The notes under the pieces were generated by a model, which did not search any database, was not told the DNA's origin, and saw nothing but the letters and a program-made list of their open reading frames with translations. A stretch of 64,000 nt of DNA from Leucoraja erinacea (taxonomy: Eukaryota): contig NC_073393.1 in NCBI RefSeq assembly GCF_028641065.1, forward strand, positions 19,964,001 through 20,028,000. The letters run 5' to 3'. A program made the position numbers and the translations under genes. Below are positions 49,401-62,600 of the stretch, in pieces (within the stretch, counting starts at the first letter, position 1; each line of letters begins with the position of its first letter).

Positions 49401-52196
49401 TCCACTTGTGAAGTAGAGACAGGATTGTGCCTTTGTTGAAACCAAGCCGTTTTAATAAGGACCACGTCTAACATAGAAACATAGAAAATAGGTGTAGGAG
49501 TAGGCCATTCGGCCCTTCGAGCCTGCACCACCATTCAATATGATCGTGGCTGATCATCCAACTCAGTATCTTGTACCTGCCCTCTCCCCATACCCGCTGA
49601 TTCATTTAGCCACAAGGGCCACATCTAACTCCCTCTTAAATATAGCCAATGAACTGGCCTCAACTACTTTCTGTGGCAGAGAATTCCACAGATTCACCAC
49701 ACTCTGTGCGAAAAAATAAATTCTCATCTCGGTCCTAAAAGACTTCCTCCTTATCCTTAAACTGTAACCCCTTGTTCTGGACTTCCCCAACATCGGGAAC
49801 AATCTTCGTGCATCCAGCCTGTCCAACCCTTTAAGAATGTTGTAAGTTTCTATAAGATTCCCCTCAATTTTCTAAATTCCAGCGAGTACAAACCAAGTCT
49901 ATCCAGTGTTTCTTCATAAGAATGTCCTGCCATCCCGGGAATCAGTCTGGTGAACCTTCTCTGTACTCCCTCTATGTCAAGAATGTATTTCCTCAGATTA
50001 GGAGACCAAAACTGTACGCAATACTCCAGGTGTGGTCTCACCAAGGCCCTGTACAACTGCAGTAGAACCTCCCTGCTCCTATACTCAAACCCTTTTGCTA
50101 TGAATGCTAACATACCATTCGCTTTCTTCATTGCCTGCTGCACCTGAATGCCTACTTTCAATGACTGGTGTACCATGACACACAGGTCTCGTTGCATCTC
50201 CCCTTTTCCTAATCGGCCACCATTCAGATAATAGTCTACTTTCCTGTTTTTGCCACCAAAGTGGATAACCTCACATGTATCCACATTATACTGCATCTAC
50301 CATGCATTTGCCCACTCACCCAACCTATCCAAGTTCTGTTTGAACGTATTCACAATCAGTGAAGTTCACAGTACACGACACGAAAGAGGACATAAAGAAC
50401 AATACAACATGCATTTCAGAAGTTCGCATTTATTATAAATATCAAATATATTGTTTACACCAGGTGTGGTGAAAGGAATATTTTCATTGCACCTTACTGT
50501 TCCTTGTCCGGCCACATGCGAGATTTCGGAATACTGGAGAGTGGCCATGTTGTTTCTTTTTTTAAGAAGGGAAGTGGAGGGAATCCAAGGCTCAACCAGT
50601 TGGATCTAAATATAGGTCGGTTGACCACACGTTAGTGGTTGGGAACCGATTGGAAAGACTTCTTCAAGAGAGGATCTACTGACATTGGGAAGAAAATGGA
50701 CGAATAGCGATAGCCAGCACGGTCTAACACGTTTTACTGATGTAATTGAGTTTTCTGAACAGATGACAAAGGAGATTGATGAGGGCAGGGCAGTAGCTGC
50801 TGCAAACACGAATCTAAGTAACTGGCTTTTGATAACGACCTTCATGATATATATTGAAACTTGGGGTTACAAAAGATCACCCTCAACATATGCAGGAACT
50901 ACTCCAGAATGATATGAATTTTGAACTGGATTCGTCATGCAGCCACAGTGGGCTACGAAGGAAGATCTGCCTGATGGTCTGTATCAGTGGCAATCCACAG
51001 GGACCTTATCGTTATTTTGATCCATATCAATTGACCTAACATAAATCCCGGATGGGTGGATTTCGTAAATTTGCCTGAACATCAGAACAGGAGGAGGGTT
51101 GGCGGAAGCTACAGAGGGTCAGATCATCGATAGAAGTGGGTGGAGAAATGGCAGATGGGGCATGATGGAGTATAATCCGAGCAGTCTGAGCTGTTGCACT
51201 TTAGGATGGCGCGTGTAAGGATAATGTCAAGATGCTAAAGTGAATTGATGTGCAGGGAGGTCATGGAGTCCAAGTTCATAGCTCACTGAAGGCAGCATGA
51301 AGAGGTAGGCTATTTAAGATGGCGAATGATATGTTTGCCTTAATTGCTAGTGGATTGAATATAGGAGTCAATAAATCATGATACAGCTCTATAAGACTAT
51401 AGTTAAGCCCCATTACACGATTTCCGTGCGGTTCTGGTAGCCGCATTACAGAAAGCCTATGGGGAGGGTGCAGAAGACCAGATGCGTTTGGATTAAAGAG
51501 GTGCAAGTGAACTAAGGGGTTGTATAAACTTGGATTGTTTTTACTGGAAATTCGGAGCATGAGGGCAGAATTAGTACAGTAAAAGGCGTAGATAGGGTAG
51601 ACCGTCAGAACCTTTCCCACAGAATTGAAATGTCCAATGCTAGAGGGCATAGCTATAAGGTGTGTGGGATAAAGTTTGATGGAGGTATACGGGCTAAGCA
51701 CATAGCGATTGTTGTTTGCCTGGAAGGCATTACCAGGTGTGGTAGTGGAGGCAGACACGATAGTGGCGTTTAAGAGGCATTTAGATGGACACATGCCCGT
51801 GAAAGAAAAAAAAGGCATATGGGTCATGTACAGATAGATGAGATCAGTTTAACATGGCATCGTGTTCAGCACAAACAGTTTGGGCTGAAGGGCGCGTCCC
51901 TATGCTGTACCGGTCTATATTCTATGTTATGTGCAGTTATCATTTTGATCTGTCCAGTTGCGACTGTTTGCCCCACAGTCGTTTAGACACTGGAAATTAG
52001 TCCATGCAATAAGTCATTCGAGACAAAACAAAAAATAATTGTCCCTCGTATATTCTTGACAACGCATTCCGAGCGAAAGCTTCATCTGTAGTATAACTAA
52101 TCTTAAAATAAGTTCATGAATTCCCAGGAAGAAGGTGAGAACGTTAACCGCAATCCGATCCACGCCCATTTGGATCTTGTCCGCTGCAAAGAATAA
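45221..52196 (+). CDS. IgSF receptor copy C: leader-V-C1-TM(Arg)-short Tyr-free tail, 294 aa; putative activating counterpart (alternatively a young pseudogene)
   Basis: Exons 45221-45275, 45570-45881, 46617-46922, 48476-48574, 49331-49374, 52128-52238 with TAA at 52194-52196. All splice sites intact and no frameshift. Confidence 0.75.
45570..45881 (+). CDS. Copy C V exon
   Basis: LNVTVSDAGTYYC retained; G strand VWKETREQLIVY. Confidence 0.88.
46617..46922 (+). CDS. Copy C C1 exon
   Basis: acctag|CT...GAAG|gtaaag; C1 motifs intact. Confidence 0.88.
48476..48574 (+). CDS. Copy C TM exon with arginine
   Basis: AVEGLSALIAGSIRGAVFILIFIVIIVMAHIYI; CGA at 48514-48516; 3-nt in-frame deletion relative to copies A/B. 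Confidence 0.8.
49331..49374 (+). CDS. Copy C cytoplasmic exon 1
   Basis: GAKKRTVNTNRTQSR, gaccag| and |gtaagg. Confidence 0.7.
49470..50333 (-). mobile_element. CR1 3' fragment inserted only in copy C intron 5
   Basis: ORF 49850-50296 is the RT C-terminus; ACATAGAA tail; empty site at ~4102 in copy A. Confidence 0.88.
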
Positions 52197-52238
52197 GGGA
52201 AACCTGAAGAGCACATGGAGAGTCCAGTGTATGCAAAG
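52128..52238 (+). CDS. Copy C cytoplasmic exon 2 with Tyr>His and premature stop
   Basis: EEGENVNRNPIHAHLDLVRCKE*; ATGTAC>ATCCAC and TAT>TAA relative to copies A/B. Confidence 0.75.
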
Positions 52239-52350
52239 GTAAAGTTGGTTTCACGCTTTCACTCAACACATCTGAGAACACAGATACGTCTTATTCGGAG
52301 AAATTTGTAATTTTCTTGTCCAATTAACAATAGGAAACATTTGTGCACAG

Positions 52351-52482
52351 ATCGCAATTATGGCTGCTGCTGATACCCAACTGGCGTACGCTTCCTTGAA
52401 CACGTCAAGTTCCAAAAAGAAATTGAAACGGCAACATAAAGAAATAAGTGTAATATATAGCGGGGTGAAAAATAACAACTAA
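52351..52482 (+). other. Copy C ITIM exon: intact reading frame but downstream of the stop (3' UTR unless exon 6 is skipped)
   Basis: IAIMAAADTQLAYASLNTSSSKKKLKRQHKEISVIYSGVKNNN*, acceptor intact. Confidence 0.7.
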
Positions 52483-52487
52483 ATTCG

Positions 52488-55400
52488 ACCATATAACCAT
52501 ATAACCATATAACAATTACAGCACGGAAACAGGCCATCTCGACCCTTCTAGTCCGTGCCGAACACATAATTTCCCCTAGTCCCATATACCTGCGCTCAGA
52601 CCATAACCCGCCATTCCCTTCCCATCCATATAACTATCCAATTTATTTTTAAATGATAAAAACGAACCTGCCTCCACCACCTTCACTGGAAGCTCATTCC
52701 ACACAGCTACCACTCTCTGAGTAAAGAAGTTCCCCCTCATGTTACCCCTAAACTTCAGTCCCTTAATTCTCATGTCATGTCCCCTTGTTTGAATCTTCCC
52801 TACTCTCAGTGGGAAAAGCTTTTCCACGTCAACTCTGTCTAACCCTCTCATCATTTTAAAAACCTCTATCAAGTCCCCCCTTAACCTTCTGCGCTCCAAA
52901 GAATAAAGCCCTAACTTGTTCAACCTTTCTCTGTAACTTAGTTGCTGAAACCCAGGCAACATTCTAGTAAATCTCCTCTGTACTCTCTCTATTTTGTTGA
53001 CATCCTTCCTATAATTAGGCGACCAAAATTGTACACCATACTCCAGAATTGGCCTCACCAATGCCTTGTACAATTTTAACATTACATCCCAACTTCTATA
53101 CTCAATGCTCTGATTTATAAAGGCCAGCACACCAAAAGCTTTCTTTACCACCCTATCTACATGAGATTCCACTTTCAGGGAACTGTGCACAGTTATTCCC
53201 AGATCCCTCTGTTCACCTACATTCTTCAATTCCCTACCATTTACCATGTACGTCCTATTTTGATTTGTCCTGCCAAGATGTAGCACCTCACACTTATCAG
53301 CATTAAACTCCATCTGCCATCTTTCAGCCCACTCTTCCAACTGGCATAAATCTCTCTGTAGACTTTGAAACTCTACTTCATTACCCGCAACCCCACCTAT
53401 CTTAGTATCATCTGCATACTTACTAATCCAATTTACCACACCATCATCCAGATCATTGATGTACATGACAAACAACAGTGGACCCAACACAGATCCCTGT
53501 GGCACCCCACTCGTCACTGGCCTCCAACCTGACAAACAACCATCCACCATTACTCTCTGGCATCTCCCATTCAGCCACTGTTGAATCCATCTTGCTACTC
53601 CACCATTAATACCCAACCATTGAACCTTCTTAACCAACCTTCCATGAGGAACCTTGTCAAAGGCCTTACTGAAGTCCATATACACAACATCCACTGCTTT
53701 ACCCTCATCAATTTCCCGAGTAACATCTTCAAAAAATTCAAGAAGATTAGTTAAACATGACCTTCCAGGCACAAATCCATGTTGACTGTTCCTAATCAGA
53801 CCCTGTTTATCCAGATGCTTATATATATTATCTCTAAGTATTCTTTCCATTAATTTGCCCACCACTGACGTCAAACTAACAGGTCTATAATTGCTAGGTT
53901 TACTCTTAGACCCCTTTTTTAAACAATGGAACAACATGCGCAGTACGCCAATCCTCCGGCACTATTCCCGTTTCTAATGACATTTGAAATATTTCTGCCA
54001 TAGCCCCTGCTATTTCTACACTAACTTCCCTCAATGTCCTAGGGAATATCCTGTCCGGACCTGGAGACTTATCCACTTTTATATTTCTCAAAAGTGTCAG
54101 TACTTCCTCTTCTTTGATCCTCATAGTTTCCATAGCTACTCTACTTGTTTCCCTTACCTCACATAATTCAATATCCTTCTCCTTGGTGAATACCGAAGAA
54201 AAGAAACTGTTCAATATCTCCCCCATCTCTTTTGGCTCTGCAGATAGTTGTCCACTCTGACTCTCTAATGGACCAATTTTATCCCTCGTTATCCTTTTGC
54301 TATTAATATAGCGGTAGAAACCCTTCGGATTTACTTTTACCTTACTTGCCAAAGCAACCTCATATCTTCTTTTAGCTTTTCTAATTTCTTTCTTAAGATT
54401 CTTTTTACATTTTTTATACTCCTCAAGCACCTCATTTACTCCATGCTGCCTATAATTATTGTAGATCTCCCTCTTTTTTCCGAACCAAGTGTCCAATTTC
54501 CCTTGAAAACCATGGCTCTTTACAATTTTTACGATTTCCTTTCAACCGAACAGGGACATAAAGATTCTGTACTCTTAAAATTTCACCTTTAAATGTACTC
54601 CATTTCTCTTCCACATCTTTCCCATAAAACAAACTGTCCCAATTTACTCCTTTTAAATCCTTTCGCATCTCCTCAAAGTTAGCCTTTCTCCAATCAAAAA
54701 TCTCAACCCTAGGTCCAGTTTTGTCCCTCTCCATAATTATATTGAAACTAATGGTATTGTGATCACTGGACCCGAACTGTTCCCCAACGCATACCTCTGC
54801 CACCTGACCCATCTCATTTCCTAACAGGAGGTCCAGTACCGCCCCTTCTCTAGTAGGTACTTCTATGTATTGTTGCAAAAAACTATCCTGCACACATTTT
54901 ACAAACTCCAACCCATCCAGCCCATTTACAGAATGTGTTTCCCAGTCTATGTGTGGAAAATTGAAATCTCCCACAATCACTACCTTGTGCTTACTACTAA
55001 TATCTGCAATCTCCTTACATATTTGCTCTTCCAATTCTCGCTCCCCATTTGGCGGTCTATAATACACCCCTATAAGTGTTGCTACCACTTTCCCATTTCT
55101 CAGTTCCACCCAAATAGCCTCCCTAGACGAGCCCTCTAATCTATCCTGCCAAAGCACTGCTGTAATATCTTCCCTGATAAGCAATGCAACACCTCCTCCT
55201 CTTGCCCCTCCAATTCTATCACACCTGAAGCAACAAAATCCTGGAATATTTAGTTTCCAATCACAGCCCTCCTGCAACCATGTTTCACTGATCGCCACAA
55301 CATCATACTTCCAGGTGTCAATCCAGGCTCTAAGTTCATCCACTTTTCTTACAATGCTCCTAGCATTAAAATATACACATTTAAGAAACCCACCCTCTCT

Positions 55401-56239
55401 TCTTCTCAGATTATTTTCTTTTTCTGCTTTCTCCCCCTACATTTTGGGTCAGAGTGCTACCATTCTCTGCCCCCTGCTTCACACACTGACTGCTAGCTTT
55501 CCCAATTTGAGTCCCTCCCCCCACCCATACTAGTTTAAAGTCTCCCCAGTAGCCTTTGCAAATCTCCCCGCCAGGATATTGGTCCCCCTTGAGTTCAAGT
55601 GCAACCCGTCCTTTCTGTACAGGTCGCACCTTCCCCAAAAGAGGTCCCAATGATCCAGAAACTTGAATCCATACCCACTGCACCAGTCCCTCATCCACGC
55701 ATTTATCCTCCACCTCGCTCCATTCCTACTCTCACTGTCGCGTGGCACAGGCAGTAATCCTGAGATTGTTACCTTTCCAGTCCTTCTCCTTAACTCTCTA
55801 CCTAACTCCCTAAATTCTTCTTTCAGGACCTCTTCTCTTTTTTTACCTATGTCGTTGGTACCTATATGCACCACAACCTCAGGCTCCTCTCCCTCCCATT
55901 TCAGGATTTCTTGGACACGTTCAGACACATCCCTGACCCTGGCACCAGGGAGGCAAACTACCATCCGGGACTCCTGTCTGCGTCCACAGAATCGCCTATC
56001 CGACCCCCTGACTATAGAGTCCCCTATTACAATTGCCCTCCCCTTCTTTTCCTTACCCTTCTGAGCAACCGGACCGGTCTTTGTGCCAGAGACCCGGCCG
56101 CTGTCGCTGCCCCCAGGTAGGCTGTCTCCCCCACCCTTACTCAAGCATGAGTACTTATTTCCAAGGTGTACAGCCACCGGGGTACTCACCAGTCCCTGCC
56201 TCTGCCCGTTGCCCTTCCTAACTGTGACCCAGTTTTCTG
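52488..56239 (-). mobile_element. Young CR1 LINE with partial ORF1 (SGNH esterase) and frameshifted ORF2
   Basis: ORF 55530-56189 has GDS, PGA, GTND and DGLH esterase motifs; EN 54456-55343; RT 52576-53937 (YADD); ACCATATA tail; flanks rejoin as in copy A (aattcg|tcgggc). Confidence 0.92.
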
Positions 56240-57389
56240 TCGGGCGGGCGATGTGGCAGCGAATCGAAAAATGTCAGTTACTCTGGTGGAAATGAATTAT
56301 TCGCTAATTTGATTCTATTAATAGAGTCCTAGAATCATAGTATCATTGTGTCATACAACATGGAAACAGGCCCTTGGGACATGCTTCATGCCGTCCAATA
56401 TGCCCCAATAATCACACCTACCCGCGTTTGACCCATATCCCTCTAAACGTTTCCTAAATATGTACCTACCTAAATATAGAATACATGCTGTTGTAGTATC
56501 CGACTCAACTCGTTGCGAACCCGCTATGTGAATGCAGTGCCCGTCAATTTAAAACAAATTAAATCTCTCTCCCCTCACCTTCAACATATGTCCTTGAGTT
56601 TTTCATTCCCGTACTCTGGGTAAAATACTCTGTGCATTCGCCTATCTATTCACAAAATGTAATTCTTCACTTTCATTGCCGCGGACCTACTTTTTTTAAT
56701 GTACTGTGAAGTTATAATAGGCACGTTTCCTTCTTGATTGAGGGGGCTCGCGCAGCTTGGCTAACTTATAATTGTTGCAAGACCATCTCATTGTTATTAC
56801 AATTCCATTATTCCCTAATAATTATGTTTACGTTCACATGCGTGAATTGGCATTCCAAATTCCATTTATTGTTTTATTTTGAAGCTTGGTGCGTGTGGTT
56901 ATCAATTGATTATTTTCTTTCATACCAAGTAATTAATTCAAGATTCCGATTTAGTGACTGTTAATGAATTCGAAATTTTATACATCCATAATCCCTCAAT
57001 CGCATGATTTGTGGTTTTCAAATGTTAAGCATTTTTATTTCACTGGATTACTCTCGTCAAACTGACAGCACATGCACATTTCGCGCCGTGATATTAGAGA
57101 CACTCTTATCACCTCCTCGTTTGATCCAACAATAAGCTAAGGAATTTTAGGCACCAGGTATTAGTTCCCCATTGCAGGCCTCTTAGATATCTAATTCAAT
57201 ATGGTGAAATATTCTGGGGCTCAATTCTCTTTGTAACCATTAGGCTTTTTGTAGGAGTGGGCTCATAATCAATTGGCTGTGAACGTCGTCTCTTAATGTC
57301 TTGTAGTGGAACCAAACTGGTCTGTCTTCTCCATTAGAAAGATACTCAAGATTTGGAATAATCGAAAACACTCAGCAAGTCAGCCAGCG

Positions 57390-57965
57390 GGTAGACAAAA
57401 ATGGTGCAGAAACTCAGCAGGTGAGGCAGCATCTATGAATCGAAGGAAATAGGCAACGTTTCCGGTCGAAACCCTTCATTAGACTGATGTGAGGGTGGGA
57501 GGCGGGGGGGGAAAGAAGAAAGGAAGAGGTGGAGCCAGTGGGCTGAGGGAGAGCTGAGAAGGGGAGGAGAAAGTAGGGACTACCTGAAATTAGAGAAGTC
57601 AATGTTCATACCGCTGGGGTGCAAACTGCCCAAGCGAAATATGAGGTGCTGGTCCTCTAATTTATGGTGGTCCTCACTCTGGCCATGGTGGGGGCCCAGG
57701 ACAGAATGGTCGGATTCGGAATGGGAGGGGGAGATCAAGTGCTGAGCCACCGGGAGATCAGGTTGGTTATTGCAACCGGAACGTAGGTGTTCGGCGAAGC
57801 AATCGCCAAGCCTACGCTTGGTCTCACCGATGTAGAGCAGCTGACATCTAGAGCAGCGGATGCAATAGATGAGGTTGAAGTAGGTGCAGGTGAACCTCTG
57901 CCGCACCTGGAACGACTGCTTGGGTCCTTGAATGGAGTCAAGGGGGGAGGTGACAAGTGTAGCAT
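57390..57965 (-). mobile_element. Penelope-like element 3' fragment (GIY-YIG endonuclease plus terminal repeat)
   Basis: NLIYCIRCSRCQLLYIGETKRRL..F.EHLRS..PVAQH. Confidence 0.85.
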
Positions 57966-58834
57966 TTCCTGCAGATGCAAGGGAAAGTCAGGCAGCATGT
58001 GTGGAAAGAGAAATAGTTTTAATGTTTCACGTCGGAGATTGTTCCATTAGAACTGGAAAAGAGAAATTAAAATATATATTTCCAAGTTACAGGACGATGG
58101 CAATCCATCCCTCTTGCAACCTTCTCCAACACGTACACTTACTGTTTTTTATCTTTATTTCCCTGTTACAGCAGAAGCTCGTGGTTGAAACATATACCGT
58201 TTTTCTTTCCAGAAATGTTATCAAACCAAATGAGTGTTTCCAGTTTATTATTTTTTAATTCACATCTATAGCATTTGTATATTTTATTTTAAATGTATGA
58301 AAATCTGCATATCACATACGGTTTTAAATGATAATCATGTTGTTCCTTAGAACAGTGAGATGAATGTTAGAGGTCTGAAATATTTGGTTTTCTATTTGAA
58401 TCAAACATTCTGAAATGTGCACTGCGACTTCTAAGCAATTCACGTTTTCTGAATTAAATATTTGCTATCCTTTATCGAAACCTAATTTTGGAGGACATCA
58501 TAGCATTTTTCCTTATCAATTAATCAAAACATATATGTCACAATTATGCAGAGTGGTTTGTTTTGGAGATATGATTCCAGGTCAAAGGTTCACAAGAGGC
58601 ATATTCACACCAAGATTATTTATGCCGCTGCAAAAAATCCTAATCTCAATGTCCTTACCAATGGAAAACTATTAGATAACCGAGAGTCATAGAAATACAC
58701 AATACGAAAAGGCCAATCTAATTGACATTGACCATCGGTCTCTTTGTCATATTCCTTCACTGGGACGATTTTATTTCCCCAGTTTCAGGACAAAGACTCT
58801 CCCCTCCCACTCCCCGCCTCGACATACATTCACA

Positions 58835-58958
58835 CAAACACGTTGTACTTCTCGACCACACCCTGTTGGCAAACTTTGAGTCAGTGGACTGGTGCATATT
58901 CATGGATACGGCTGCTAACCTGAATGAGTACGTCACTACTGTGACTGACTTCATCAAC

Positions 58959-58960
<2 letters not shown>
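58835..58960 (+). mobile_element. Short LINE ORF2 remnant (Rex1/Babar-like) followed by (CA)n
   Basis: FESVDW..F...ANLNEY.TTVTDFI motif, recalled from Rex/Babar elements. Confidence 0.4.
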
Positions 58961-58989
<29 letters not shown>

Positions 58990-59675
58990 AGCGCACAGGC
59001 ACACACACACACGCGAGGCTTTGGAGGCTTCAGCCATGGGCCCTGTGGACCAAAGATATTATCTTTGCTGTGGACTGTAACATCGGGAGCTGACCTGGTT
59101 GGCGAACGACTCCGAACTCCAGCAACAGCAGATTCGTCCGCCCCGAATCGTGGTGCTTGAATCGGCCAGTTCACGGGGCCTTTCATCGCCCGACGCAGCT
59201 TAAAATCGGCCGGCGGGGGCTTCAACATCCGGAGCCTCGATCGCCTTGATACTGCAGTTTGATCTTGAGTCGCGCCGGGCGATGAAAAGATCCGCGAACG
59301 GGCGAATTCAGCCCTTAGAAAGCGTCTGATTCCCGCTTGAGTATATCAAAAACTACAATGGATCACAATGTGATAAATAACACTTAAACAAATAACACTG
59401 AAACAAATAAAGGCAAACAGAAGAACCATCCTTGGAAGGGGGAGAGAGAAAGATGGGGGGAAAAACTAATTAACGTGCGTGACCGTGAATGAGGGACTTA
59501 CCTGCAAGCCAGCCAGGAAACCTGTTCAACCGGAGCCCTTAATGACCTGCCCCCTTTAAATCGGATACCAATTAAATCTTTCCCATCCACCAATACATCT
59601 AATTAGCTCAAATGGTAATTATGCCCGCATCAGACAGCTTTAAGAAATTCTCTGTGAATACCTTCAGTAATACTT

Positions 59676-62600
59676 TTATTTGTTTATTTGTTCCGAACAA
59701 GTAAAGACATAATAGGAATAAATAACAACAACAAGATCGAAATAGTCAACCAATTGGACATCCCAGGCAATATTTGCAAGGCATAAAGCAAAATTTAAAT
59801 GTCCAACACTTTTTCTTTAAAAGATCGAAAAGGAGTGAGAAGAAGAATAACTTATTTAATCTCACCCCTTCTCCCTAAACCCTTCTTCCATATTTAATAA
59901 TTAATTAATTAATAATATTAATACCCCAGACAATTTTTAGAGATGCATACAGACATATATATACATACAACTGATATTCCCCTACAAGGGGAATGAAGTA
60001 ACCAAACAACATAAATAAATAATAAATAAAATAATAAATAAACATTAACCCCTGTTTGTCAACCATCCCCTTCATCCCTGTACCTTGTGAAAAAAAGTTT
60101 TTTGTATGTCATTTTGAACTGGTTCATATTTGGACATTGCTTTAGCTCCACATTCAAACTGTTCCACAATCCTACTCCACAGACCGAAATACAAAAAGTT
60201 TTTCTGGTCGTGCAGACTCTTTGTACCATAAAATTAAATATTCTTCTTAAATTATAACCCCCCACTCGCTCATTGAATAATGTTTGTATATTTCCAGGTA
60301 AGTTCTTATTTTTGGCCCTAAACATAATCTGTGCTGTTTTAAATGCAACCAAATCTTCTAATTTTAATAATTTTGACTGTAAGAATAATGGATTAGTGTG
60401 ACCCAGATACCTGACATTGTGAATAATACGTATTGCTCTGTTTTGCAGAATAGTTAATGAATATAGCGAACTTTTATAGTTATTGCCCCAGACTTCTGCA
60501 CAGTAATTTAAATAGGGTAAGATTAGTGAACAGTAGAGAATGCGGAGTGATTTGTAATCCAGAACCTGCTTAACTTTGTGTAATACAGAAATGCTTTTTG
60601 CCAGTTTGGATTGTACATGTTTAATGTGTGATTTCCAGCTAATTCTATCATCCATTATAACCCGAAGAAATTTATTTTCATGAACTCGTTCAATTTCAAC
60701 CCCATTTATCTTTATATTTGCTTGTGTGCTTGTTCTGCAATTACCAAATAACATTATTTTGGTTTTGCTCAAGTTTAATGATATTTTGTTCCTGTCAAAC
60801 CATGTTTTCAGTTTGCCCATTTATTTTGTTATTTTGTCCAGTAGTTGTTTTAAATTCTCCCCAGAACAAAATATATTTGTGTCGTCTGCAAACAAGACCA
60901 GCCTCAAGGCATTGGACACATTACAAATGTCGTTTATATACATGATGAATAGTTTTGGACCCAACACTGACCCCTGGGGGACACCACAAGCAATGTCCAA
61001 ACATGTAGAACTGTAGCTATCCAGCTTCACAAACTGTTGCCTGTTGCTTAAATAGCTTTTTATCCAATCCAGTACTAGACCTCTGATGCCATACCTTTCT
61101 AATTGTTTTAATAAAATATCATGATTGAGCGTATCAAATGCTTTCTTTATATCAATAAATATCCCAGCTACATATAGTTTATTGTCAATAGCGTTTATGA
61201 TATCTTCAATTGATTCTATTATTGCAAGTGATGTTGATCTGTTTGATCTGAATCCATATTGACTTTCAGTGATTCATTTATGCTTTTCTACAAATATGTC
61301 TAGTCTTTTGTTGAACATTTTTTCTAGTATTTTGAAGACTTGAGGGAGTAAAGAAACAGGTCTATAGTTTGTGAAATGATGCTTGTTCCCAGTTTTGTAT
61401 ATTGGTATGACTTTTGCTATTTTCATTTTGATTGGAAAAGTACCGGTTTGGAAAGATAAATTACAGATGAATGTTAGAGGATTGGAAATCCCCTCAATCA
61501 CCATCTTAACTAACGACATATCAATGTCGTTGAAATCAGTAGACATTTTGTTTTTATATGTTTTAACAATATCCAACAGTTCTTTTTCATCTACTGCCAT
61601 AAGAAACATAGAGCAGGGATTTCTCTCCAATAAATTCTCAGGAGTTTCTCCAGATGTCCCTGGATCAGGGATTTGTTTAGCCAGGTCTGGTCCAACATTT
61701 ACAAAAAAATTATTAAAGCTATTAGCTACATCCTCCATATTATAATTTTCATTGTCCTTATCAATAAAATACTTCGGGTAGTTTGTTTTCCCCGGGCCAT
61801 TTCTGATAATACTATTAAGTATGCTCCATATTATTTTTATGTTGTTTTTGTTATCATCTATTTTTTTCTTATAATAATCTTTCTTGCTTGTTCTTATAAT
61901 ATGTTAACTTATTTTTGTAATTTTTATCTTTATTTTCTGTATCTTTAGTTCTCTGTCTTATGAAATCTCTGTATAGTGCTTTTTTTGCACGCATTTTGTA
62001 ATCCCTTTGTAATCCATGGACATTTAGTATTTGTTGATTTTCTGTTATAACCATATAACCATATAACAATTACAGCACGGAAACAGGCCATCTCGGCCCT
62101 ACAAGTCCATGCCGAACAAATGTTTTTCCCCTTAGTCCCACCTGCCTGCACTCATACCATAACCCTCCATTCCCTTCTCATCCATATGCCTATCCAATTT
62201 ATTTTTAAATGATACCAATGAACCTGCCTCCACCACTTCCACTGGGAGCTCATTCCACACCGCTACCACTCTCTGCGTAAAGAAGTTCCCCCTCATATTA
62301 CCCCTAAACTTCTGTCCCTTAATTCTGAAGTCATGTCCTCTTGTTTGAATCTTCCCTATTCTCAAAGGGAAAAGCTTGTCCACATCAACTCTGTCTATCC
62401 ATCTCATCATTTTAAAGACCTCTATCAGGTCCCCCCTTAACCTTCTGCGCTCCAGAGAATAAAGACCTAACTTATTCAACCTATCTCTGTAACTTAGTTG
62501 TTGAAACCCAGGCAACATTCTAGTAAATCTCTTCTGTACTCTCTCTGTTTTGTTGACATCCTTCCTATAATTGGGCGACCAAAATTGTACACCATACTCC

